The notes below the pieces were generated by a model. The model was not told the DNA's origin, ran no database searches, and saw only the letters and a program-made list of their open reading frames with translations. From Halorutilales archaeon Cl-col2-1 (lineage in GTDB: Archaea > Halobacteriota > Halobacteria > Halobacteriales > Afararchaeaceae), in NCBI GenBank assembly GCA_041891055.1, contig CP169074.1:1024001-1088000 (forward strand): DNA of 64,000 bases, written 5' to 3'. A program made the position numbers and the translations under genes. Of this stretch, positions 10,169 through 19,110 are shown piece by piece (position 1 is the stretch's first letter; each line of letters starts with the position of its first letter).

Positions 10169-11272
10169 CTAATTTGCATACTCCCCAATCGAGTCGATAA
10201 CAGCCTGCACTTCGTCATCCTGCATCCACGGATGCATCGGCAACGAGAGAATCCGATCCGTCACTCGTTCTGTCACGGCAAGGTCTCCGTGCGTTCCTAT
10301 ATCACTGTATGACTGCTGCTGGTGAACCGGAATCGGATAATGGATCTGTGTCCCAATACCCCGTTCGTCAAGGTGTCGCTGCAACTCTTCGCGGTTCGGA
10401 GTCTGGATCACGTAAAGGTAATAGACATGCTTGCTGTCGTTGTGCTCGACAGGCGTTTCCACGCCGGATAGCGACTCCGTATACTGTCTGGCGATGGCAC
10501 GTCGACGATCGTTGTAATCATCCAGATACCCGAGTTTCTCTCGTAATATCGCCGCCTGAAGTTCATCGAGACGGCTGTTGACGCCGACCTCTTCGTAGCG
10601 GTATTTTCCCGACGTCCCGTATTCCCGAAGCTTCCCCACTCGATCGGCCAGTTCGTCGTCGTCCGTCACGACGATCCCTGCATCGCCGTACGCGCCGAGA
10701 TTCTTCGTTGGGTAGAGACTGAAACACGCGATATCTCCGAGACTCCCGACAAAACTATCATCGTACATTGCTCCGTGCGCTTGGGAGGCGTCCTCGACGA
10801 TAGTAAGGTCGTGCTCGTCCGCGATGGCTCGGATGTCGTCCATTGGAGCGGGATGGCCGTATAGGTGGACTGGAAGGATCGCTTTCGTATTCGGGGAAAT
10901 AGAGGCTTCGAGCTTGGTGGGATCGATCGTATACGTTCCAGGATCGATATCGACGAACACCGGCGTCGCCCCGTTTCGGACGATCGCATCCGCCGTCGAA
11001 ACGAAAGTATGGGAGACGGTGATGACTTCGTCTCCGGAGCCGATGCCCAGTGCTCGCAACGCCAGATAAAGTGCGTCGGAACCTGATCCAACACCGATTC
11101 CGTGCTCTACGCCGAGATACTCAGCAAATTCAGATTCGAATGTTGAAACCTCGTTTCCAAGGATGAAATCTCCGTTTTGTAATGTCTCCTCGATCTTAGA
11201 AAGTATCTCGTTCCTGTGGTCGTCCATCTCTCGTCGAAGTGGGAAAAATGGCACTTCGAGTTCGTCAGTCAT
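10169..11272 (-). CDS. DegT/DnrJ/EryC1/StrS PLP aminotransferase (FdtB/QdtB-like)
   Basis: PVHLYGHP, EDASQAHGA, SLYPTKNLGAYGD, NSRLDELQAA; ATG at 11272 chosen. Confidence 0.9.
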   Translation of the reverse strand: MTDELEVPFFPLRREMDDHRNEILSKIEETLQNGDFILGNEVSTFESEFAEYLGVEHGIGVGSGSDALYLALRALGIGSGDEVITVSHTFVSTADAIVRNGATPVFVDIDPGTYTIDPTKLEASISPNTKAILPVHLYGHPAPMDDIRAIADEHDLTIVEDASQAHGAMYDDSFVGSLGDIACFSLYPTKNLGAYGDAGIVVTDDDELADRVGKLREYGTSGKYRYEEVGVNSRLDELQAAILREKLGYLDDYNDRRRAIARQYTESLSGVETPVEHNDSKHVYYLYVIQTPNREELQRHLDERGIGTQIHYPIPVHQQQSYSDIGTHGDLAVTERVTDRILSLPMHPWMQDDEVQAVIDSIGEYAN

Positions 11273-11408
11273 GACAGGTCGTTCTTTGAAGGGGAAACTT
11301 ATGGTTGTTACGACCACAAAGAGCAGTAGCAATATCTTTGACATATCCAGAAATGGAAATCCTATGCTGCACTTCACAACATCATATCTAAACTTGACCT
11401 CTTCGATA

Positions 11409-13232
11409 TCACGCCATAGACTCGACCTGCATCGAATACAGATCTGAGTAGACATCCCCGTTGTCCATAAGCTCGTCGTGGTCTCCGGACTCTATGATCT
11501 CTCCGGATTCGAGAGTATAGATACAGTCAGCGTTGACGACTGTCGACAGACGATGAGCAATAACTAGAATAGCGTAGTCCCGATCCATCGACTCTATGGC
11601 ACGGTGTACCTTACGTTCGAGATCCATGTCGAGGTCACTCGTCGCTTCATCCAGTATTAGAAGATCAGCGTCCTTGAGAAGAGCACGTGCAATAGCCACA
11701 CGCTGCCGTTGACCACCCGAGAGTTTCACGCCTTGGTCACCCAGGACAGTGTCGTATCCGTTCGGGAGTTCGTCCAAAAACTCTGTGACTTGAGCAATCT
11801 CAGATACACGTTCAACGTCGTCATCAGTCGCATCTCTGTTACCGATAGTCACGTTTTTACGCAGCGTGTCGTTGAAGATATGCGGATCTTGTCTCACGAC
11901 GGATACCCTAGAACGCCACTCTGACACGTCAAAGTCGTCTATGGGAGTACCGTTAGCTTTTATCTCGCCTTCATCTGGCTCGTACATCCGGGACAGGAGT
12001 GACATTATAGTCGACTTGCCTGCTCCCGAAGGCCCGACAAAAGCCGCGAAGTCTCCCCTGTCGACCGAGAACGAAAGGTCACGAAGCACGGTTTCGTCAC
12101 TCGAATCGTAACTAAACCAGACGTTCTCGAAAGAAATCTCGTCTACTTCGTCGGGCATTGTCTCTTTAGGTTTATTAGGCTCGCGGCTACGGTCAAGATC
12201 TTCGAGAAACTCCTGTGTACGGACTAGATGTGGGAGTTCGCCCTCGGTTCTATAGAATAGTTTATTGATATTACTAACTCTGGGACCGAGTCGAAACATA
12301 GCAAACAGAAATATACTCAGAGATCCCAGCGATAAAGAAGAGAAGGTGAGTGCAGCGTATATAAGTACGAAGACAGTAACTGCAGTAGTAAGCTGATAGA
12401 AGTTCTGAATAGCGACTTGGTTTCTACGGAGATGGATATTCGAGTCCTCGAACTCCCTTACAGCAGTAGTGAACCCCTCGAAAACCTCATCCATCATATT
12501 GAACAGCTTGACATCACGTATGCCTTGAGTCCCTGCCTGAGCATACTCCTGTATGTCTTCTTTAGCCTGTGCTACTCTGTCTCCTATGGAGTAGCCAGTC
12601 TCAACCTTGCTTCTAAATAGATAAGTAACACCACCAAGAAAGATCCCAGTTACAACTGTTAGACGAGGAGCCAGATAGAAAGCCACACCCAGGTATATCA
12701 TAGCAAGTAAGCTCTGTTCAACTAAATTAATAGTAAACCGGATCACATTGCCCGCATTCTCCGCCTGAGTAACTATAGCATTCAGTATGTCGTCAGAACC
12801 CTCTCTGTCGAAATACGAGACCTTCGCGTTAAGCGCACTCTCGAAGGACTCTGTCTGAAGATGGCGCACGTACTTCGTCCTCAGAGCCGCACGTAGCCAT
12901 CCAACTAAGAAACTCGAAGTGAAACGTACGACCATGACTAGAGAAACCCCTACAACGAGATATCCCATGGTGAACGGTATACCCAGAAAGTCATACACAG
13001 TGAGAAACGCACCTAGAAGACCGTCAGCCTGAGCAGGATCTACACCATCAGACTGAGCGAGTTCGACGATAGGCAGTATAAAGCTGAGACCGAATCCCTC
13101 CAGAAGTGCGGCGAAGACACTCAGTACGAGTACACCACCAGCATACAGAGGTCGAAACTGGGCGACACGGTAAAGAGCCTCTAACTTATCGCGCCAGCCG
13201 ATCTCTGACTGCTCATTATCTACATCTGACAT
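11409..13232 (-). CDS. ABC exporter, fused permease + ATPase (possible lipid-linked glycan flippase)
   Basis: N-terminal TM helices, GPSGAGKS, LSGGQRQR, DEATS, AHRLST. Confidence 0.9.
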   Translation of the reverse strand: MSDVDNEQSEIGWRDKLEALYRVAQFRPLYAGGVLVLSVFAALLEGFGLSFILPIVELAQSDGVDPAQADGLLGAFLTVYDFLGIPFTMGYLVVGVSLVMVVRFTSSFLVGWLRAALRTKYVRHLQTESFESALNAKVSYFDREGSDDILNAIVTQAENAGNVIRFTINLVEQSLLAMIYLGVAFYLAPRLTVVTGIFLGGVTYLFRSKVETGYSIGDRVAQAKEDIQEYAQAGTQGIRDVKLFNMMDEVFEGFTTAVREFEDSNIHLRRNQVAIQNFYQLTTAVTVFVLIYAALTFSSLSLGSLSIFLFAMFRLGPRVSNINKLFYRTEGELPHLVRTQEFLEDLDRSREPNKPKETMPDEVDEISFENVWFSYDSSDETVLRDLSFSVDRGDFAAFVGPSGAGKSTIMSLLSRMYEPDEGEIKANGTPIDDFDVSEWRSRVSVVRQDPHIFNDTLRKNVTIGNRDATDDDVERVSEIAQVTEFLDELPNGYDTVLGDQGVKLSGGQRQRVAIARALLKDADLLILDEATSDLDMDLERKVHRAIESMDRDYAILVIAHRLSTVVNADCIYTLESGEIIESGDHDELMDNGDVYSDLYSMQVESMA

Positions 13233-13352
13233 GAGTCTTATAGGATGTATCCCTGGTACGACTTGAATATTTAGGTTTGGGTGAAAAAGACTACACGACG
13301 AAGTTTGTACTCGACATTATTGTATCAGGCTTGCCCGAAGAATAGTTAGATA

Positions 13353-13559
13353 TCAGTTTTGACGCGGATCATCTACGAGCTCATACAGACCACGGTGAAC
13401 CTTCTCGATCAGACCATGCTCTTCGAGTCTCCTAAGCCGGTTGGTTATATGCTGTCGACTCAGATCTAACTCGTCGGCTATGTAGTTAGGAGTACATCTA
13501 CCCTCAGATAACATATCCAGAATCCGTCGGTCAGTCTGATTCAGATCGATCTCGCCCAT
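13353..13559 (-). CDS. Small winged-helix DNA-binding protein
   Basis: TDRRILDMLSEGRCTPNYIADELDLSRQHITNRLRRLEEHGLIEKVHRGLYELV; type common in haloarchaeal mobile elements. Confidence 0.85.
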   Translation of the reverse strand: MGEIDLNQTDRRILDMLSEGRCTPNYIADELDLSRQHITNRLRRLEEHGLIEKVHRGLYELVDDPRQN

Positions 13560-13677
13560 GTTACCTACTGTGGTTACTGACACATATATCCATACGGTAG
13601 CTAAGAAAACGTGGCTTGGAGGTAATGTATCCAAACGTTAGTAAACTTTAAGTGATCTCCCAAACATTGTATGGTCA

Positions 13678-13761
13678 GAAGCGCGGTAATACGAGTCAGA
13701 ATTCAGAAGATGGCCGGATGTTAGGGCATCCGACCGCGCTTCACGCCAGGTGAAGCAAATG
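13678..13761 (+). promoter_or_regulatory. Structured 5' leader (outer stem GAAGCGCGGT/ACCGCGCTTC, inner hairpin CGGATG/CATCCG) ending GGTGAAGCAAATG
   Basis: Perfect 10-bp outer stem, TATA-like TTTAAG about 26 nt upstream; homologous arrangement at 57559-57656. Confidence 0.55.
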
Positions 13762-14169
13762 TACGATACCCACGAGACTCAGAAAAACGTATCGTTATTA
13801 GAGCAACTACTACACGGACTCCGCGTTGGAGTAGGAGAGTCACGTAACGAGTTCGCCGTATGCGATAGCTGTGGCATACGTCTACGTGAAGGCTCAGAGG
13901 TCACTGTATACGCATACTCCAGAGCCGACGACAGTAGCTGGCATACGAGAGGTGTCTACTGCCGTAACTGTGAGAAGACTCAGATAGAGACATCCACTAA
14001 GAACAACGAAGAAGCCGTCGCACAGTCACACATAGCTCTTCTTCAGGATGCCAAGTACCAGACTGCCTCGCTGGTAGTAGTCGACCCCGAAGTACTCGAT
14101 TACAGCAGCGAGAAAGAAGGCGTCGAGTCTCAGACAGTCGCGGTGACCGAGAAAGGAGGGGGTCGCTAA
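13759..14169 (+). CDS. Hypothetical Zn-binding protein (CxxC...CxxC), mobile-element type
   Basis: CDSC and CRNC; ATG at 13759 follows an SD-like GGTGA. Confidence 0.65.
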   Translation: MYDTHETQKNVSLLEQLLHGLRVGVGESRNEFAVCDSCGIRLREGSEVTVYAYSRADDSSWHTRGVYCRNCEKTQIETSTKNNEEAVAQSHIALLQDAKYQTASLVVVDPEVLDYSSEKEGVESQTVAVTEKGGGR

Positions 14170-14269
14170 ACAGCTATGTCTCAGACCACCCAACCGACTT
14201 TAGCCGTGTCAACGGTCTGAGACACTGTTGTCCCCCATTCGGTCTACACAGAAAGCAGAAAGAGACAGA

Positions 14270-15298
14270 ATGTCTACTACGAGACTCGATAAAGACATCC
14301 TAACCCCGAGGATAGATCTGAGTCTCTCCGAGCTAACACGCAGGGAGTTTCACGAGAGATTCTGGAGTCAGAACTTCGGTCTTCTACGAACGGCGGTAAA
14401 GAGGATAGTCGAAGACCTCGGACTCACGACCTGGAGTGAACTGCCGTCGTATATCTGGCGCAACGGAGTCGACGAGATGAACCGCGAGTACGCAGTCGAC
14501 ATGGTAGCCTTCGAGTTCGAGAAAGAGACCTCGGTAGAGAGACTCAAAAACCTCACTCTAGCACTCGGATCAGGTAAGAGGATCAGCCCGGTCGACGAAG
14601 AGCTATACGGCACATACAACACCACCAAAGACGACGTCTTCGCTCCCTTCAAGATCCTCGATATAGCCGGCATACGTCCCAAAGTCGGTATAGACGCCGA
14701 CTCCAGAGCGGTGGGTGGGATCGATACAGAGTTTTTTGATAAACTGAGTGAATATGTCGACTTAGAGATAGAGGTCAGCCTTGGAGACACAGACGAGCCT
14801 ACCCAACTACCGGAGTATGTCCATATAGATTTAGATACAGGGCACTCGAAGAGAGACAAGTACGGATACTGGTATAAAAGACAAGATCTCCACAAAGCCG
14901 TAGAGACCCCAGACAGAGCTCTGAGAGTTCTCAAAGAGATTGCTGGAGACCTACAGACTAAGAGCAACCACACCAAGTACACCTACGACGAACTACAGAA
15001 GATAACTGATCTCGACAGGAGTACTCTGATAACCTATACGAGGCTCTTAGAGGCGAATAGTCTCATAGATAGGTCTCGGGACGAAAGACGTGTAAAAATC
15101 TCTCTGACCGACGTAGGTGTAGCTTTCGTGAGTTTAGTCATGGATGTCGACATAGAGAAGACAGCCAGATTCAGATCCTCTCTTTCAGGTTTCTTCGTAG
15201 AAGATCTTCTCCCGGAGGCAGGATCCAGTAAGACCGATACCAGCAGTAGAAAACAGAGAAAGCCTCCTCCAAAGACAAAGAAAAGTAAGGTAATCTAG
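14270..15298 (+). CDS. Hypothetical protein with C-terminal winged HTH (possible degenerate plasmid/virus replication protein)
   Basis: Long ORF; YTYDELQKITDLDRSTLITYTRLLEANSLIDRSR HTH; basic C-terminal tail. Confidence 0.55.
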   Translation: MSTTRLDKDILTPRIDLSLSELTRREFHERFWSQNFGLLRTAVKRIVEDLGLTTWSELPSYIWRNGVDEMNREYAVDMVAFEFEKETSVERLKNLTLALGSGKRISPVDEELYGTYNTTKDDVFAPFKILDIAGIRPKVGIDADSRAVGGIDTEFFDKLSEYVDLEIEVSLGDTDEPTQLPEYVHIDLDTGHSKRDKYGYWYKRQDLHKAVETPDRALRVLKEIAGDLQTKSNHTKYTYDELQKITDLDRSTLITYTRLLEANSLIDRSRDERRVKISLTDVGVAFVSLVMDVDIEKTARFRSSLSGFFVEDLLPEAGSSKTDTSSRKQRKPPPKTKKSKVI

Positions 15299-15491
15299 CC
15301 TTACACCGACGCCTTACGGCAGTTTGTTAGCTTTCGTCTCGTTAGAGTCATCTCCGAGAAACTCTCGGCTCACTCTCCCACGGAGTCTTCGTCTTCTTGC
15401 GATTTTGGTGAAAGTAACCTAGACCGACCTTTTCTGAGAACAACGTCGAGAACCATACCAAAAATCAATCCTCAGCTCATTCTACGGATCC

Positions 15492-15777
15492 TCTGAGAAG
15501 GTCTTCTATAGAGTCTCTACCTAACTCCATTTGTCTGTTCTCAAGAAAAATCAAAGACATCGTGTACATAATGCCATACGTGGTGCTATTCTCCTCTCCA
15601 CGAGACCTACAGATAGAATTCTATTTCTTCTTTAGATGTCGTTACCCCCGTAGGCAGTCTATACCGTCCAAGGTTTATTCTGTCCAATTAGCTAACCAAC
15701 ATTCTCTAGACAGTTTTCAGATATGTTGGTTAGCTCTTTAGCATGGCCTATACATAACCCATCCGAGGTAGTTTGGA
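15492..15777. repeat. Island repeat copy R1 (full length, includes 46-bp palindrome 15690-15735)
   Basis: Aligns with 21905-22184 (AGACATCGTGTACATAATGCC..., TAGGCAGTCTATACCGTCCAAGGTTT, AGCTAACCAACA...TGTTGGTTAGCT). Confidence 0.9.
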
Positions 15778-15840
15778 CAGATTCTGCAACTAAAACAGAG
15801 AGGAGATCAGTTTGCTCAAGCTCGTCCACAGTCTCCTCGG

Positions 15841-16350
15841 TTAATCGACAAGGTGATTGATAAATTCACGTCCTTCTACGACAGTGATACTTTTTGTTCT
15901 AGAGGTAAGCACGTCTCTGATAGCACGTTCAGCCACTCTATCACTAACAAGTACTGCTACATGATCCGATATGCGGCTGTACTGATACGCTAAGCCAGCA
16001 AGAACCGTGTCAGTTTTTTCGATTTCGTCTTGCGAAACATCGTCAGACGAAATATTAGCCATTCTGTCTCTCGTATCATCCACGACGTTTGAGACGCCTG
16101 AAACACCAAAATCGGTTTCTGCAGAGTCGAGCCACCCGGATTCACTCGCAGCACGTAGACGGTTGCGTTGATACTCGTATTCATCAGGACTCTCTCCTAA
16201 CTCTTCAGCAACTCTTTCGGGCATCTTGACATTGATGTTTTTTCTCTCGAAGTATCTCTCGAAAGCCTGATACTTCTCATTCTCCGGCCCTCCTATCGCA
16301 AAAAGTACGCTACTATCAACTATAACAGTAGATCCAGAGGGTATATTCAT
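15841..16350 (-). CDS. PIN-like protein (putative toxin)
   Basis: VIVDSSVLFA, VAEELG, EKTDTVLAGLA, LVSDR; start overlaps the stop of the upstream HTH gene. Confidence 0.7.
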   Translation of the reverse strand: MNIPSGSTVIVDSSVLFAIGGPENEKYQAFERYFERKNINVKMPERVAEELGESPDEYEYQRNRLRAASESGWLDSAETDFGVSGVSNVVDDTRDRMANISSDDVSQDEIEKTDTVLAGLAYQYSRISDHVAVLVSDRVAERAIRDVLTSRTKSITVVEGREFINHLVD

Positions 16351-16889
16351 CGATTTCGGTGGTCTTGAATAACGTCTTGTAATGCAGTTATCACTGTCAT
16401 AGCTTCTGTGGGATGAACATCGAGTTTTTCAGCGGCAGTACGCTGAGTCAGTTCTTCATCTATAACTCGACGTGTGTAATGTAGAGCAGATGCGAGTTTC
16501 GAGACTCCGTTTCTTTCTACAAAGACTCGTATATCTTCGCTTTCAGACTGTCTCCCAACGGCATCGATAAGTTCCGGTGTAGCTGTAACAGTTCCGTTCG
16601 GGGTTTCGACGTTGATCTCAAGGGTCTCTACCTCCATCTTTGCAGGCTTCTGGTCTTCTTGTCGGGTAAGTATCTGTTTTTCTTCGAGTTCGGATATATA
16701 TTTGTAGGTAGTGGAGTGAGGTAAGCCGAGACCATCCTTTATAGATTCAACTTCGACGGGTTGATTCTTGTATATGTAGGTATACAGGCGTGCAAGCTGT
16801 TGGTTGTTGAGAAGCTCTGAAATGGCGAGGATATTATCGATGGTCTCCTCTGGGTCAGGTTCGTTAGAGGCTGTGTTTTCTACTGACAT
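16347..16889 (-). CDS. HTH DNA-binding protein (putative antitoxin/regulator)
   Basis: LARLYTYI...LGLPHSTTYKYISELEE; C-terminal ELTQRTAAEKLDVHP. Confidence 0.75.
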   Translation of the reverse strand: MSVENTASNEPDPEETIDNILAISELLNNQQLARLYTYIYKNQPVEVESIKDGLGLPHSTTYKYISELEEKQILTRQEDQKPAKMEVETLEINVETPNGTVTATPELIDAVGRQSESEDIRVFVERNGVSKLASALHYTRRVIDEELTQRTAAEKLDVHPTEAMTVITALQDVIQDHRNR

Positions 16890-16908
16890 CTGCTACATAA
16901 TACATGTA

Positions 16909-17097
16909 CTATGTATTAATCTCTTGTGAAAAGAAAAACAGATGCATATTCACTTCTGATCTCCAGTACTCAAAGCAACTATCCCATCCTACTTTATGTA
17001 AATTCTGAGTGATCCGAGACCAGAGGCTCGTGTTAGCTACAGCAATCATGGCATCTGTATCGACTATAACAGGATGTCGCGAACCATCACCTACCAT
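16909..17097 (-). pseudogene. Truncated PIN-like toxin (paralog of 17572-18141)
   Basis: VIVDTDAMIAVANTSLW matches LLIDTDALIAIGNTSLW, but the ORF ends after 62 aa. Confidence 0.75.
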
Positions 17098-17106
17098 TCT
17101 CCAGTC

Positions 17107-17415
17107 TTACTCCTGAAGTACATCGCTAGTATCGAGATCCATGGCTTTCTCAAACTCTTCAGTTTCTCGTTTAATCTCGTCTAGAGCATCACCAAGAAGG
17201 ACTTGTGCAGCCTCTTTCGAGATCTCACCTTGTTCGTACTTTTGATGAATACTGATCTTTTCTTCGTCAGACAGGGTTTCCTGAAGCTTCTCTTGGAGTC
17301 CTTCTCGAGCAAGTTCACTGATATTTATGCCTCCAAGGCGCATCTGATCGAGAAGATGTGATGCTTCTTTTTCAGCCTCCCCCCGAAACTGGATCTTATC
17401 GTTGTTCGTTGCCAT
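17107..17415 (-). CDS. Putative antitoxin (RHH-like N-terminus)
   Basis: KIQFRG...GGINISELAREGL...LSDEEK; paralog of 18142-18453. Confidence 0.7.
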   Translation of the reverse strand: MATNNDKIQFRGEAEKEASHLLDQMRLGGINISELAREGLQEKLQETLSDEEKISIHQKYEQGEISKEAAQVLLGDALDEIKRETEEFEKAMDLDTSDVLQE

Positions 17416-17497
17416 CCTACTCAGATATTCACTCGCCTCCAATATATGTGTTGTGACCAGTAATCCATGTCATGACAAATGGTTCTTCTGAAAGTAC

Positions 17498-17559
17498 TCT
17501 ATCTCTTCTCTAGATGTCGTTACCACCGTAGGCAGTCTATACCGTTCAAGATGTCTAAC
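17498..17559. repeat. Island repeat copy R2 (partial)
   Basis: TCTATCTCTTCTCTAGATGTCGTTACCACCGTAGGCAGTCTATACCGTTCAAG, followed by GTCTAAC. Confidence 0.85.
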
Positions 17560-17571
17560 CTAGAAGATACA

Positions 17572-18141
17572 TCAAGCAAAATACTCAGAGTCGACAAAAC
17601 CGGAGCAATCGACGGGTATACCTTCCCATACAACTATGATGGACTTGTATCCGGTCCAACCCTCACTTTCGACCATCTCCTGTGTAGCCTCACAGAACTC
17701 TTTCTTACTAATTATACCGTTGTCGTATAGAATATATATCGGAAAAGCAGGTGACGAAATACTGACTTCGTAGCCTTCTCTGTGTGCAGTATTCTCTATA
17801 CGCTCTCTACCAGCTTGATCCCGTATGAAAACTGCGTCGAAGTGACTCCCGTTCTGAGCTATCTGTATTCGTATCGACTCCTCTCCTGCGTCCTCGCCGC
17901 TCGGTTTCGGCACGGTGTTGACTAGATCTATACTCCCCTCCTCAATCCCGGATAATGCGTGGAGACTAGCTTCATAGATATGGTCGTCTCTATCACTCTT
18001 CTCGGTGTGGTTCTGTAGCTCTGACTTACACGTGTAGGTGGTAGTCAGTCCAACTTTAGTAAATGTCTTCTCCCACAGACTCGTGTTACCTATAGCGATC
18101 AAAGCATCAGTATCGATCAGAAGTCGAGAACAGTCCATCAT
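17572..18141 (-). CDS. PIN-like protein (putative toxin)
   Basis: LIDTDALIA, KSELQ, EDAGEESI, IRDQAGR acidic PIN pattern. Confidence 0.7.
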   Translation of the reverse strand: MMDCSRLLIDTDALIAIGNTSLWEKTFTKVGLTTTYTCKSELQNHTEKSDRDDHIYEASLHALSGIEEGSIDLVNTVPKPSGEDAGEESIRIQIAQNGSHFDAVFIRDQAGRERIENTAHREGYEVSISSPAFPIYILYDNGIISKKEFCEATQEMVESEGWTGYKSIIVVWEGIPVDCSGFVDSEYFA

Positions 18142-18453
18142 TTACTCGGCAAGATACTTCTCGGTACCTTCATCTGCTAACTCTCTTGTGTTCTCTATCG
18201 TCTTCTGTATCTGATCGAAGTCTTCTCCAAGCGCTATTCGGACAACCTTCTCAGATACATCGCCTCTCCTATACATCTCGTAGAACTCAATTTTCTCCTC
18301 GTCGGAGAGTATATCGGGTAAGAGACGTCTCATCGCTTCTCTGCTTACTTCACTTTCGTTAACTCCTCCGACACGTATCTCATCCAGCTTCTCTAACAAC
18401 TTCTTGATAGCGTCCGACCGAAACTTAACCGTATCAGTATCTGACTGACCCAT
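18142..18453 (-). CDS. Putative antitoxin (RHH-like)
   Basis: TVKFRS...GGVNESEVSREAMRRL...LSDEEK; abuts the PIN gene. Confidence 0.7.
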   Translation of the reverse strand: MGQSDTDTVKFRSDAIKKLLEKLDEIRVGGVNESEVSREAMRRLLPDILSDEEKIEFYEMYRRGDVSEKVVRIALGEDFDQIQKTIENTRELADEGTEKYLAE

Positions 18454-18589
18454 ACTCTGATTACCAGTGTCTTAGAGAAAAAGTTTGTGTCACAGGTAAC
18501 ATTGTAGCCACAGAAAGAGACCTACTGATTTTTAGGTGCGAATAAAGGTCATAGGGAGAGTCTGCCCACTTCTCTCGGCAATACTAACT

Positions 18590-18643
18590 CCGTAGGCAGT
18601 CTATACCGTCCAAGGTTTGTTCTGTCCTATTATAGCTAAAACA
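18590..18643. repeat. Island repeat copy R3 (partial; ends in left arm of palindrome)
   Basis: CCGTAGGCAGTCTATACCGTCCAAGGTTTGTTCTGTCC...TAGCTAAAACA. Confidence 0.85.
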
Positions 18644-18916
18644 TACTATTCGTGAGCTTAGGCACACGTTCTCTAAGCTCATCAAGGCAGAGCTCTAAGA
18701 CAGCCATCGGGTTGGGATCGCTAAACGATGCTGCCTCTCTGTGAGAGGAGTCCCAGTCTCTGTGATCGACCTGAAAATGACTCGACCCTAGATCCTCGTG
18801 GCTTTGGTCTTGATGCCAGCCACAAGACCAGTCAGATCCTCGTTGGTTGTACTGTATGCGAAACTCGTCTCTGTCCTCTCGTGGTCTCCACTCTATTTCG
18901 AGTTGTGCTTCTACTC

Positions 18917-19110
18917 GTAAACTACTCCACCCTACTTCGCTCGGGCAAACCCTCGCTCGTGGAGGGATGGGGCTTTGACGTGGACTTCCGTTCTATGGCT
19001 ATGTAACCAACGGAGAGGCCTGTCTCCCCGGTCGAAGGGGCGTCAGTACTTACACGTTCACGGTCATCGTCCCGCCATTTAGCGCAACGTTTACGGGTGC
19101 GCCTCCGCCG
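18917..19110 (-). ncRNA. Predicted omega/reRNA scaffold of TnpB (5' boundary approximate)
   Basis: Hairpin-rich right end overlapping the tnpB 3' end, the established position for IS200/605 reRNA. Confidence 0.55.

Noticed and set aside
13671-13724. Short uORF MVRSAVIRVRIQKMAGC* overlapping the structured leader
   Set aside because: No equivalent in the second leader copy, and the ATG probably lies upstream of the expected TSS
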